A stretch of 63,566 nucleotides of DNA, counting the filler, from Choristocarpus tenellus KU-1152 (taxonomy: Eukaryota; Protista; Phaeophyceae), in NCBI GenBank assembly GCA_964200185.2. It is 11 parts of 11 records of this genome, joined end to end, with 100 filler letters (N's around TTAATTAATTAA, not from the genome) between each part and the next. Parts side by side here need not be neighbours in the genome. Positions count along the whole stretch, not along the records: positions 10,205 to 17,845 come from CAXNAD020005832.1; positions 17,946 to 24,058 come from CAXNAD020008903.1; positions 24,159 to 37,939 come from CAXNAD020001367.1; 8 more parts are not named here. One strand, written 5' to 3'. The notes beneath the pieces were generated by a model. That model had not been told where the DNA came from and made no database searches. It was given only the letters and a program-made list of their open reading frames with translations. Shown here in pieces: positions 12,968 through 24,844 of the stretch (position 1 is the stretch's first letter; the number at the start of each line of letters is the position of its first letter). Both the position numbers and the translations under genes were made by a program.

Positions 12968-15900
12968 CTATTTCAATTGGTGGGCGGATTCGAAATGGCA
13001 GTCCTCACCCTTCTTCCACCTCTCTACAGGCTTCGGGTATGCCTCGGTTAGAACGTGCCAGAGATTTAGGTGCGTGGAGTACCTGTCATTCCACGGTTCG
13101 GGCTTCACAAGGCTCATGAAGTGTTTCCACATGCTCCGGACGCAACGTGCCGCCGGGCTTCCCTCCACAACCGTGGAGGTTTAGCTGTGTGGGCTCATGG
13201 ACGTAGCAGTCATCCTCGAATAAAAGCTTTTTGGCCGCTCTGCTGGCCTTTAGGAGCCTGAACCCATGGTCGTATATGACTTGGGTAAGGATTTGGGTTT
13301 GTACCCGGTACTGGGACGAAACGGGTTTTGTTGCTGATCGTAGGAGCTTGGTAGTGCATGCTTCCATGAAGGCTTCGGTGATCCCCACAACGGATGCATC
13401 GCCGGAGTCGACCGCGTCCTCTGTCACGACATCGTCATCACCTCATGCGGACGTTTCATTGTCATCGTCATGCCCTGTAGTAGATGGCGGTGCATTTTCC
13501 GCGTCTCCACCCTTTCTGGCAGAAGCAAAGACGTCTGAAAAAAAGCTAGGTCCTATATCTCTACCGTCATTTCCGTGAGGATATTCGAAGGGTCTCATAC
13601 ATCCAGCACCTTCTCCCACCTCTTCTTCGTAATGACCGTCGTCGTTTTGGCCTTCCCCTTCCCCTTTGCCGAAGGCTTGTCCCTATGTGAGGAACCTGAT
13701 AGTGTCAAATCAACCCTTAGTGTTGTTGACTCGGCATGTGCGTTTGGGGACATTACGGGGTCACTCCTGACGGGCATGGGCTCTGAGTTCGTGCCTACCC
13801 ACGTCCTCCAGGACATCTTTCTCTGGACATGACAAAGCGTTTCAATCGGACCGGTCCCCATCCCCTTCAGGGTCGTCCTCTGAGGGTGTGGTTGGATGCC
13901 GTTCCCCATGTAGTGAACCGCTTCCTGCACCTATGGTAGGGTTAGGCGATGGCGTATCTTGTTCCTCTTTATCACCTCGTGGGTCGAGTCCTCCACAAGG
14001 CATTTGCGTGGATATGCCAACAGCTAACGGTGTCTTCGCCAACGCAATATTGCAGAAGGTGAAGAGTTCGGTATGTTGATGAGGAGTTGGATACGATCCG
14101 GATCGTGGTTGTCGCCGAGGGCGGTGCATGTGATTACAATGCCTCCTGGTCGGGTTTGGAGAAGGGCGACTGCTCTCTCGTGGGTGGCGCACGTTTCGGA
14201 ATTGAAATTGTCAAGGTCGTGCTCGGACGTGGCGTTTTTCTCTGGCGTAAGATCACAATGTTTGTCTCGTTTATCTCTGTAGTGGTGGAGGAGTAAGCAA
14301 AGGACATGGCGAAGTAGGAGGCAAAACAACAGGAAGAGGGGTTAGGACTAGGAGGCAAAGGGTGAGGCAGGAGTTGGTGAAAAGGATTAAGCAAAGGAGG
14401 ATGTAGAGGAGGAGGCAAAGGCTGAGAAAAGGATGGAAGGAACGGAGTATGTGCGGTTCATTGTACTTGGGCGGATTCTTTTAGCCCAAAGATCAGGAAG
14501 ACAAGTAGGGCTTTTGTAACACTGGGGTAAGAAGATGCGTATAGGACTATAGGACATGAACCGCGACATAATTTCCCACTCTGCGCTGGGTTGTACCGAT
14601 CGACAGAGCACAGCGAAAGTATGAATAGATCTGTTTGACGAATATCTTTGAAACATGTAAAACTCAAGAACCCTGCGTCAGTGTACGTTGTGAAACTGTC
14701 CAACAATAGGACATGAATCAGGACATAGTTTCCCACCCTGCGCTGGGTTGTACCGATCGGTAGAGCACAGCAAAAGTATGAATAAATCTGTTTGACGAGC
14801 ATCTTTGCAACATATAAAACTCGAGAACTCTGCGTCAGTGTACGTTGTGAAACTGTCCAATGTCGGTAAGATCTCTGAGAGTCGAGGCCATGAGTTTGGT
14901 GTAGGGAACGTTGTTTGATGTTCACGTATGGCGGTGTTGTACAACTATGTACATACTTGCGTGCGTGTTCGCCACTGGTGTTCAAGGTAACGCCCTCCGA
15001 GTATTTGACGACGTCGAGGTAGACTGTACCCTCCTCCACATCATCCCCCAACACGAGAGGTCCCTTTTCACCTGTGGATTTATGAGGTTAAACTAATGTG
15101 CGCGATGAGCGTGTTTATTGTGAGGTGACTTGTTACAAACTTAAATACGGTGGACAGATGAGTGGATGAACGTTACACTCCCTTGAGTACCTCTTCGCTC
15201 AGGATGTATTGTTTCTTTGGGGCAGCCTCTTCTTCTGAAGACATGGCTGAGGACTCGTCAGGGTCGATCCCGAGCTCGTCTTTTCTCTTTAATGTCGTTC
15301 ATGACCTGCATGGCGACCTCTAGGACAGCCTTTTTGATGAGGACATTATTCTTGGTGTGCATCCTCCGCAACAATGCTCTTTTGACTTTCCATGGTTGCA
15401 ATGCCCATTCTTCCTCGGCCTGGGCAGCAGACGCATGGTCTAGATCACCGTTCCCTGATCTGTTCTTCTTCCTCTTTCCTTACGTCCTCTTCTTCTTCCC
15501 TTGGTCGGGGTCGACTGGGGGTCGTTGGTTCCGGGCGCCCCTTAGATTGGTCGAGAACTGTCATCATGGAGGAGCGCATGGACAATGGAATGCTAAATCA
15601 CATGTAGGACATGGGTGTCTGCCTTGCGAGGCACGAACTTGACGGTAAATATTGCGGCTGTTGCAGGCTCAGGAGGGGAGATTATGCATATACATGTATA
15701 TGTTGGGTGAATCGTCATAGTCAAAGCTTGACTTACCCATTCCTCTGGAAATATCTCTGTCCAAACAACATACGTCAATGTGAGCGCGTCGGTAGGTAGT
15801 TTTTTCACTGCCTGCTCTGAGAACACATGCGCAGCCACTTCGACTATGTCGCGCCAGCGATGGCCTTGAGGGGTCTCCCCGCTGAGGATGGATGGTCCGA

Positions 15901-17752
15901 CTCCAGCGAGTACATCAGTGCACATTCTTGCGAAGTACTGCTCCTTGACCTCAGATGTGAGTTACATGTACAGAGGTGGGCCACCATTAGGAACCTGGGA
16001 AAGAATGTACTTCGAGGATATGAAGGATTTAGGCTTAAGGATATATCAATCTGGGAAGGGTTTGCAGGGGATGCGTGTCGCGTAGCAGAACCCCATGTCT
16101 TAGGGTTCGACGCGTGGGGACGTGTTTGGAATGTTTATCTCACCTGCAACCTGTAGGTGTGTGTGAACCCCCCACAGTTCTTGATTGATTCGATGGCGGC
16201 GTCCGGGTTAGCGTACCACAGCACGGTGAACATGTGAACTTCCCTAAAGTCGACTTTGTCCTAGTTGGGTGTGCGTTAGGTGTGCGGAGGATAAGGTCAC
16301 AATATGAGGATAGAAGAACGTGGAAATGGGAGTGCGTTTGTTGTTTAATGGTGTATGCCATATCGCCAATGGTGAAACATATGTATAAAACGTCAGTTCA
16401 AGTTCAGTCTGCGAAGCCAGGGGTTAGTATGATGTTGTTGGACTGCTAGTGATGGGGTATTGGATATCGAAACGTCAAGATGGCTGCACCGCGCTTACAC
16501 TGGAGCTGTCGCGCTTCTTGTGTTCTCTCCACACACCGAGAAGGATCTCCTCCAGTTATTTTGTCTCTGGTGGAACATAGTGAGGGGAAGAAAGGGAATG
16601 AGTTAATTGGATCACCAATGTCGAATTAATATGGACATGGGCAACCAAGAGTAGGCGATGCTTCATAACCGTTTCACGAATCGTTTCCTGGGAAGGAGCT
16701 GTGAGAACCTCACCTTCTCCCGCGCATATATGCACAAGGGTGGCAATCGAGTTGAAGAACTGGGCGGGGCTTTGGTCGCCAAGTCTACTCATCCCGTCTT
16801 CCATGACTGTGTCCCCCCACACTTCCGTGAGGAATGCCTTCATTTTTTGCTGCAACTCTCCTCTTTACTGCGGACTGGAATGTGGGGTCGGCACTTCGGA
16901 AGTCTATGTCTCCCAAGCAATATTGGTTGCATCTCGTCACCAGTGTCCTCATGCGCATGGAACGATCGGAGGCATCATCCGTATCCTGGACATAGGGGTG
17001 GGGGACCTGTTACATCTGAAGTCGCGCCTATACTCCATGATCGCCGCAACCCAACATACCATGCAATGGAATATGTCCAGGATATTGGGTGCATGTGGCT
17101 TGCTGGCCGCCACACTCTCTCATATTGATACAGATTCTGCCTTCTGGCAAGTGCAGTGTGAATACATCTTCCACATGAACGTCCTATGTACTCATATCAG
17201 GAGGTTCGCTCTGAATTCGGAGGCCCATTGCGTTGTGACGTGGACCGGGAGGATGATGTCGCATGGGATATTTTCCTCCTTTGCCACGCACTCAATGACC
17301 CTCAGGAGCATTATTCGATGTTGTCCATTCAGACAAAAGAAAATGTTGTTGTCGTCGTCGGGATCCCTGGCGTCTCCATCCTAATCTACGTCCATACGTC
17401 CAGGTTGCCGTTAGCAATGTAGTGCGCGAGCAGTTGGCCGTCAGGCATATCAGAGGGTACCTTTGCCTTGCACATGTCGGCCTTGAACTTATTGATGGTT
17501 TTCCATCTGGAGCACAAAGAGAAAGGCTGTCCACTCAGGAACCCCGTGAGCTTATCGGGGGCGACCTCTGGGTTTGGCCCCAGCCTTGAAATCATGGACT
17601 CTACCCTATCCTTGTCAAGGAGATTGGCATTGTAACTCTGGATCAAGAAAGCAGATGTGGCCAGGTCGATCGTATGCGCCGCGCTGAGGTTTGACGTGAT
17701 CAACTCTGTCATCTTTTCGTATTCATGTTTCTTTGGGGCTCTGGTCGACTGC
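12968..17752 (-). pseudogene. Multi-exon transposon cargo gene: N-terminal ParB/Srx-like (DGQHR-type) domain, NLS-like basic patch, unknown C-terminal domain
   Basis: Acceptor ccttcacag at 17753; FLIQSYNANLLDKDRVESMISRL...SGQPFSLC, a frameshift, then IFFCLNGQHRIMLLRVI (NGQHR at 17329-17315). Further exons at ~16150-15735, ~15560-15180, 15071-14958 and ~14278-12968; KKKRTxGKRKKNR at ~15490. In-frame stops present. Confidence 0.65.
14550..14862. repeat. ~158-bp tandem duplication inside an intron of the cargo gene
   Basis: Two near-identical units (ataggacatgaa...ctgcgtcagtgtacgttgtgaaactgtccaa). Confidence 0.9.
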
Positions 17753-18084
17753 CTGTGAAGGTAGGGGGGGATATTTTATGGCAACGATATTAGCAAACGA
17801 GAAGGATGAGCCAAAGTATCTTAGAGGGTAGGGCTGCGTCCATTTNNNNNNNNNNNNNNNNNNNNNNNNNNNNNNNNNNNNNNNNNNNNTTAATTAATTA
17901 ANNNNNNNNNNNNNNNNNNNNNNNNNNNNNNNNNNNNNNNNNNNNGTGTAGACCCCCCCCCATCCCACACCCCTCCCCCAGATACTTTGAGCCTTGCCTC
18001 TTTTTTAACACGTATGTATCACCTCCTTCCTCTTCCTGAGACCTACTAACCATCTGCCCGCCCCGTATCCCTTTTGTCCTGTAG

Positions 18085-18375
18085 GTGGACAGGATGGAAG
18101 AGTCAACGCAAGTACACCGGCCCTCCTCCTCTTTCTCCTCTTCCTCGCGAAACTTCAGATCCGCGGATGCCTGCGTTGTGCGGAAAATAACTACAAGGAG
18201 CGCTCTCCTTGCCACCAAGACCTCTGCTACAACCCTTTGCGACTCTCCCGGTTGCATAGAGGGCGAGGGAGGAGAACAACAAGAAGGACAACAGCAGACG
18301 AAGGAGAGTCTAAACGAGGAAAATGAAACATCCGGGAGGCCCTGCATGGCAGAGGCTCCCCGCGAGCGGACAGCG
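18085..18375 (+). CDS. Probable internal exon, low-complexity; possibly the same gene as the LRR exon at 23267
   Basis: tag|GTG...GCG|gtaag bounds a 291-nt open exon; no recognisable domain. Confidence 0.5.
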
Positions 18376-19849
18376 GTAAGACGAGCTTATAAATTTGTTG
18401 CCCATGTCAGGAGGTTCGTGGCACTTGCCATGAACATTATTGCACTTTATTGCAATGCTAATTTTCACAGCGACCAGCCGTACTTTGTTGTGCTCTGGAC
18501 TAAGCAGTGTCTCACCGAGGTTATTGAACCACATTTACAGTACAAAACAAAACAAAAAACATACAATAGTCTCAAGTCGCAAAATTCTCAGTGCTTTGTT
18601 TTGCGCTTGTAGTCCCCTAAAGCTCAGTCATTTCTCGCTTTTTGAGAATGATATCAATCTGCCTCCAAGCCCATCAATCATAGCCCGATTCCCTCTCTCA
18701 GTCTCGTTGACCTCAACGGATGAGAATAAATCCATCAACCCTCTCGATTGTACTCCTGTGTTCACAGTTGGGTCTTGTGTCCTCACAAGGAGATCTTCTG
18801 TCCTCACTAAACCAGTCGGGGTTAGCTGTCGTTGCATTTCTCTGAACACCACCAAACCGTTTCAAGATAGATATGCTCAATATAGTAAGAGCTCTGCTTT
18901 CTTTGCTTCCATTGCGAACTCCTGAAGATGCTCTTTCCCTTTGATGATAACCCTGCTGCTGCATCTACTGCTAGCCAAGCAAGGCAATGGGTCCGACAAA
19001 AGGTGCCCCATCGGATGCAAAGGCAGAAGAACCTGAAAACGAAACACAAGAACAAACTCTTGCTGATCTGGACTCACCAGATGTTGCCGGTCCAGGGCTT
19101 ACTGAGGAGTGTTCATCTCCGAAAGAGGGATTGAACAACTCTTTTGAGGGTTCAATCACAGGATCAAACATTTTGGGATTGATAATCCCTCCCAACGGTG
19201 ATGAAAGCTTTTGTTACAACAGCACAAAAATATTCAGGATATACCAGGTTGGTGTATCCTCCTGCAGTACACTGGGGGCAGGGGGGTCAACAATGAGGGC
19301 ATTTACATGGATTTTTTTTGTTTTCTATTCTTTATTTTTCTCCTCACATGCAATACAATGTCATACGAACAGAAGGACTTGTGCTCCCCTCATTTTTATT
19401 TTTGCTGCTGTCCCGGCAATAAAAAAAAAGTAAGAAAAAATAAAAGGTGCGATATTTCCCCTATTCGATGTCCTACAAAATTCGTTCATTGATGAGTGAG
19501 TCTTCCAGTATTATCAAATAGGGGGGTAGGGGGCTAATAATGAGCAAGCAATTTGGCATGAAGTTTTGTGACCTGTGATGAACTGTTTTTGCCAGGAGCA
19601 CTTGCAGGTGGTTTTATACACACACACATATGCGTACACATACATATTATATATGTGTGTATGTGACCACAAAATCTCCGAAAGTTGATACCATTCCATC
19701 AAAGACTCGAACCGGCAAAATGTTTAAACTCGTCACTACACAGAATATCAGGACTGTTTAAAAATCATTTGGGAACCAGTAAATATAAACTGACAAACAA
19801 ATCAGGTCGAAAATATATTTTAAAGGTCGGAAATATATAGTTCGTCCGG

Positions 19850-22800
19850 AATGCTTTTGGTTCTGGCGCCTTTTCAAGCGGGAGATTGTTCAGATCAATC
19901 GAGATGTCTGCGAAATCTGTTCTATTGTTCCTTCAGTCAGAGATCATGAATAGGTGACTTTCAGATGCTTTGTCTTTGCCTCCGATTGCAGCATTCCACT
20001 ATCTGACTTAGTACAGGTTGGACAGGCCGTTGATTCACACCGTGGGATGTACTACTTTCATTCTTCGCAGTGCATGGGACACTATGTCATTGTGAGGTGC
20101 ACTTATCAATATACATGATATCCTCTTTCATCTTCTGCATCTTGATATTTCGAGCTATGCCGACACCTTGGAACATGTGGTCCATATCAAAAACGCCACA
20201 CACAGAGCCCTCAACTGCGGGCTATTTGTCCTTCTCTTACCCTTTCATATCCATGTTCTGACTACAATCGAAATTGAGCATTCCAAATTATGTTTCCCAT
20301 GTTGGATCTCTATCTATTTTCTGATTCACACCTTCAATATACCATTGATTCGTGACTCCACCAGCAGTTTCAAGAGTGCCTCCTGAGCATAATGGTCCAT
20401 TTCTAGTGGTGACAAAACATTCAAACACTAACCGTATTTCATGGTAGGGAGTGTTGTACATTGAGTGAGTACACTCTGATTGATTCAATAATTTGTTTAC
20501 AAATTGTGTTCATCAACCAATTTAATACCTGACACCATTAGCTCTCTAAAGTTCGAATCTTAGCATGACCGACCCTCTCACAGACCTTCAAATCTTTCCT
20601 CTTGAATGCAGGATCGACACCTTGAGGCAAGGCCAGGGACAGGCAGAACACAGTATGTTCGTGCGTGTGAGAAGTTTGCCCTTGCCCCACTGCCTCTTTT
20701 TGATGGACTCAGGTATGTTGCGCAACAGCATGCGTGAGGGAGTATTTGAATTTAATAGGCCTACACAAGAGGTACCATTGCAACTTTCACCTATCGAATA
20801 CCTTCTTCACCAATTTTTGCATTCCCTTGTGTGCATATCGTTTTAGTAAGTTCTCCCCTCTTTTTGCTAGAACCGGATTCAGTCGTGATGAAGTGATGTG
20901 CGTACAATTTATTCAAGAGAGGTACATAGAGATATATTTTGGACAACATTCTGGTATTGTGTAGTGAGATGACGGCAGTTACATTATATTGTGTGTCTGT
21001 CTCTCACATTCTTCTCGATTCCTTGCCCCTTACGTTATCAACTACAACTTGGGCGACATTGTATCATGTCCATCCCCATGCTTCTGGTCTTGTACGAAGA
21101 GTGTCCTCTTGTGCCCCCTAAGTTTTGAGAGATTATGTCTCTTGATACTGTATATCGGTCAGCCTGGGGGCTGATGACAGGTTTATGTTTGGTACTTTTG
21201 GGGTTATATCAAGACAGAAATGTTTGTGCTCGGAGCTTTGGCGCACAAAGAGGACACTCTTCCCCCAAAACATTGGGGTCGATCCAGAGTAACACAGATA
21301 CGGCACCAAGATATCTTTTCGGTACACATCCTCTAAAACTTACAAAAACGGCAATGGATTAAAATGTATCTAGTTTTGGACCATCACCAAACACTTCATC
21401 CATGATATGACCACCCAAATAATACCCAACAGCAAATTTTCATGTGCATTTCTATGTCTATCTGAGGAGAAAAATGAAGACAGTTGCTTTTAATCATAAT
21501 TATATATTTTGACAACTTTGAAGGCATGGAAAACGAAAAAAATGCATGAAAAAGCCCTAGTTCGCCTAAATATTGCAGGCCCTCAAAGGTATAAACAGGG
21601 TAAATCCTGTACCCTCTAAGATACTTTGGCTCATTGAAGTGCACTGACCCATGATTTTATTGGTCAGAGACATCAGAAAATTGTGCTAGTATATATAATC
21701 ATTGGTGGGGCAAGTTAAACTCCCTATGCTGCCTCCAGGTTCCCTCACATTCACCCCAGCTGGCCGACCAGAATCGACCAATACTATTATCACCCTGTTC
21801 CGTTGCTGTATCCTTTGTTCAGCAATGAGTACATTCAATGCTACTAATTGCTCTACACCAACTTTTGGCGTGATGGATGGTCTGATTGATGGCCTAGGCT
21901 GGAGCTTATGAGGTTCCTGATTTGGTTTGAACAAGAGAGGGTATCCACGTAGTGAAACAGGATGAAAAGGAACAGTGGTTATCTCAAACTAGACCCTGAT
22001 AGAATGTGCTTCACCCTGTGCATTATTATCATACCCGTATGCTGACCTTGAAGGTTGAATAACTGTCGGTGGTCCAAGTTCATTTCAAGTCCCAATAGAA
22101 AGATGAAAATATCTCTTGGGGCCCCAATAAATTTATTCTGAGTTTGTTGTATTGTACAACCTTTTTTTCTACAGCAATGGATCCCACAATGTAGTTTTAT
22201 GCAGAACGGCAAGATGGAATATCTATGCAACGATATTCCTTTCTTGTGGCACCACCATATAGCTATTATGTTAGCCACTGGAAACAGGTGAGCACCTCTT
22301 GCCTACTCCTCTTCTCTCCCATGTGCTTCTCAGAGAGGAAAAGGATCACAGCGCCTTGGAGAGTCAGACAAGCTTTGCACTTGACTTAAGCAGGTGCGGC
22401 AAAAGATCTAAGCAGTCACCAATATACTATTTTTTTGTTTACTGGGGTTGTTGCCTTTTTTGAAAAGGCAGAACATATCTTCTTCCTCAGGTGTCAACCC
22501 AGGTCCGTTCATGCATTGCTTTCTCAGGCACTTGGGTGAAGCAAATCAAGGGATTGCATCTGGAATGCTGTGGGCTATGCCCTTCCCTGGATAGCTTTCC
22601 TTTACACGTCAATTGTGCCTGCTGGTTGTTCCTTGTATGCTGTGTGCACTAGCTACGAACTCCTACCTCTTCAAGGTCCACCATTATCCTTACCTCCATT
22701 TGTTTATTGCTCTCATTATGGCACTTTCTTCCCCAAATCCAATGCCACTTGAATAGCAACTCAAATTAAGATCCTCTCATTACCAAGTACCCTAAGCAAG
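19850..22800 (-). mobile_element. Second degenerate Ty3/gypsy element (probably intronic)
   Basis: Protease motif IIVLVDSG (~21780), decayed RT/RNase H (~21200-20500) and integrase-like sequence toward 19850. A type-B Sola TIR end is inserted at ~21610-21631. Confidence 0.6.
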
Positions 22801-23266
22801 TAATGACCAAATATTTTAGCGGAAAAATTCGTTTGGTGTTGGTTTGTCCCCTGTTGTCTAGATCTCTAGCTTATGCCTTGGTTCTCTGCAGTCTTTGCTA
22901 TTCCAAAGTACAATACTCCTCTTTACGCACTTACTACTGCAAGACTGAAAAAAAAAAGCAAGGATCGTGTTCAGTAAAGCCGACAGGGAGAACTACCCAC
23001 TGTTGGGAACGAGGAGAATTGGGTGATTTGTTGTATAAACTCATTGTGCACTTCCCCACACACATCAAATGCCTTTTTTGTTGGGCGGTTTGGGGGGGTA
23101 TGGTCTGCTTGCACTTTTTATCCAAACAAATTTAGCCTAGAAGCATTTTTGTGTCACTCAGCAGAGGCAGGTCGACTTTCTCCACATTGGTATAGTACTG
23201 CACTGTGAACAGTGAGAGAGGCAAACCTAAGAAAGCATAATATGTAATGTAAATCTGTTGAACAAG

Positions 23267-23478
23267 GTACGGTTTGCGTGGGAAGCGGGCGCTGGCCCTG
23301 GCAGGTTTCCTCTCATCATGCCAGCTGAAGCTGACCTCCCTCAACCTGGCCAACTGTGGCATGGCCGGTGAGGCCCTGGAGGCTGTTATCAGCAGTCTTC
23401 GAGGACAGGGTTATCTCACTGCCCTTGATCTCTCAGGGAACTCCCTTCGGACGGGTGGGGCAGCATGTCGTCTCCATG
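23267..23478 (+). CDS. Exon of an RNI-like leucine-rich repeat protein
   Basis: aag|...|gtgag bounded exon: LTSLNLANCGM...LTALDLSGNSL. Confidence 0.85.
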
Positions 23479-23507
23479 GTGAGACTGGAAAATAAGTACT
23501 TGGGAGC

Positions 23508-23785
23508 GAGTTTGAAGTAGAACAAGAGGTACCCAGAATTGGATCTTAAGGATGCCGACTGACTTGTGCAAAATATATATTCTATTTTTACAAATGTGTA
23601 CAGGATATTTTCTGAATTGTGTCGAAATTTTTTAACAATGGAGAAATCAACGTTTCAATGTTAAGTCGGTCAGACTTGGCATTTCATTCATAGAAATATG
23701 TGTGAATTGTGAAAAAAAAGAAACCCTTAAGGCTTAAAAATGCAAAGTGACCAAAACCTGGGTACCTCTCGTTTTACTTTGACTC
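23508..23785. mobile_element. Type-C MITE with ~28-bp TIRs (GAGTCAAAGTA...AGAGGTACCCAG)
   Basis: gagtttgaagtagaacaagaggtacccag ... ctgggtacctctcgttttactttgactc; termini are related to types A and B. Confidence 0.7.
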
Positions 23786-24844
23786 AGTACTTGTAACAAC
23801 CCCACACGGCAATAAAGAACACACTTTGAATTGTTCAATGCGCACGTGGTGGCAGCATGAGGTTAGTACAATACAATAGCACATCACGATGTTAGGCAAT
23901 AGAGGTAAGAGAGCATCGCTATTGTAAGGAGGACAAGATGCTGTCCACCACAATCAAGACTTGTAGGAGGGCACAATCACTGTGTGCGTCATTTACTTCT
24001 GTTTGGTGCTGTTGATCACCAAGATTGCCCAGGCCCAAAGTATCTGGGGGGTGGGGGGNNNNNNNNNNNNNNNNNNNNNNNNNNNNNNNNNNNNNNNNNN
24101 NNTTAATTAATTAANNNNNNNNNNNNNNNNNNNNNNNNNNNNNNNNNNNNNNNNNNNNGTCCGTCTTGCCCTGTGATTCTCTTCGCCACCCTTGCCTGAG
24201 TGAACCACACCGCCACAGAATCACACGAATCACAGTTTGATGAGTATATACTGTAGTAGGTAAAAAGCAATTCTATTTTTTTTTCATTCTCACTGAAATG
24301 AAGGAATTATTACGTAGGAATTGTCATGTAGGAAATACAAGAATACGGATGAGAAAACACTAATGTCCATATACAATGATATGGCTCTCAATAAGCAAAG
24401 ACGTCACGAATCCATCCCGTTACTACAACATGGGATCTCTCACCTGCTCTGCTTATCAGTAGGATAGGACAATTGACGGTCGACGTTGAAGCGACACTCT
24501 CATCTGTACCAGAGTGAAGTACGCCGGACCACAACTTCTAAATCTTGGTTTCAGAGTATACCAATATTCCCCCCAAAAAGCAGAGAAGCTTGGGGCTGGA
24601 CGTACCTTTACGATTAGCTTTCCTGGCTCACTTTGCACATCTTTCTTCATCTCAACTGGTTACAAGGTACTCACAACACCTGACTGTCAATTGTGATGTA
24701 CTCACAAGCATATGCTTATATTCGGCTTATATATTCTCCCATATTTATCGTCCATGCGCTCACAGTCACGCCGCACGCTTCGACACTGTACCCAACCAAC
24801 CATATACCTTCTTGGCATCAATCCCTCAACCTTGGAGATTAGGG

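Larger units (their letters stand above)
11364..17808 (-). mobile_element. Large Sola2-like TIR element, copy 1 (type-A terminus), carrying a cargo gene
   Basis: The terminus at ~11364 (rc ...GGACGCCAGCACCCCCGCCGAGATACTCTGG) matches the end at 48436. 11364-13460 and 17470-17760 align in inverted orientation with 45910-48436. The far end is lost at a MITE and gap. Confidence 0.8.

Noticed and set aside
14915-14960. 'YVHSCTTPPY' resembling an N4C/N6A methyltransferase SPPY motif in the cargo gene (would suggest a ParB-MTase fusion)
   Set aside because: It lies just after a good donor site (cgcaa|gtatgt), in a probable intron containing a tandem duplication, and I found no FxGxG motif in the element. 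Worth rechecking on a consensus.
18440-19433. Overlapping ORFs on both strands
   Set aside because: No consistent frame or splice chain and no recognisable domain; left unannotated.
24160-24760. Possible divergent gene upstream of MinE
   Set aside because: Splice-like sites exist, but I could not join them into a stop-free frame.
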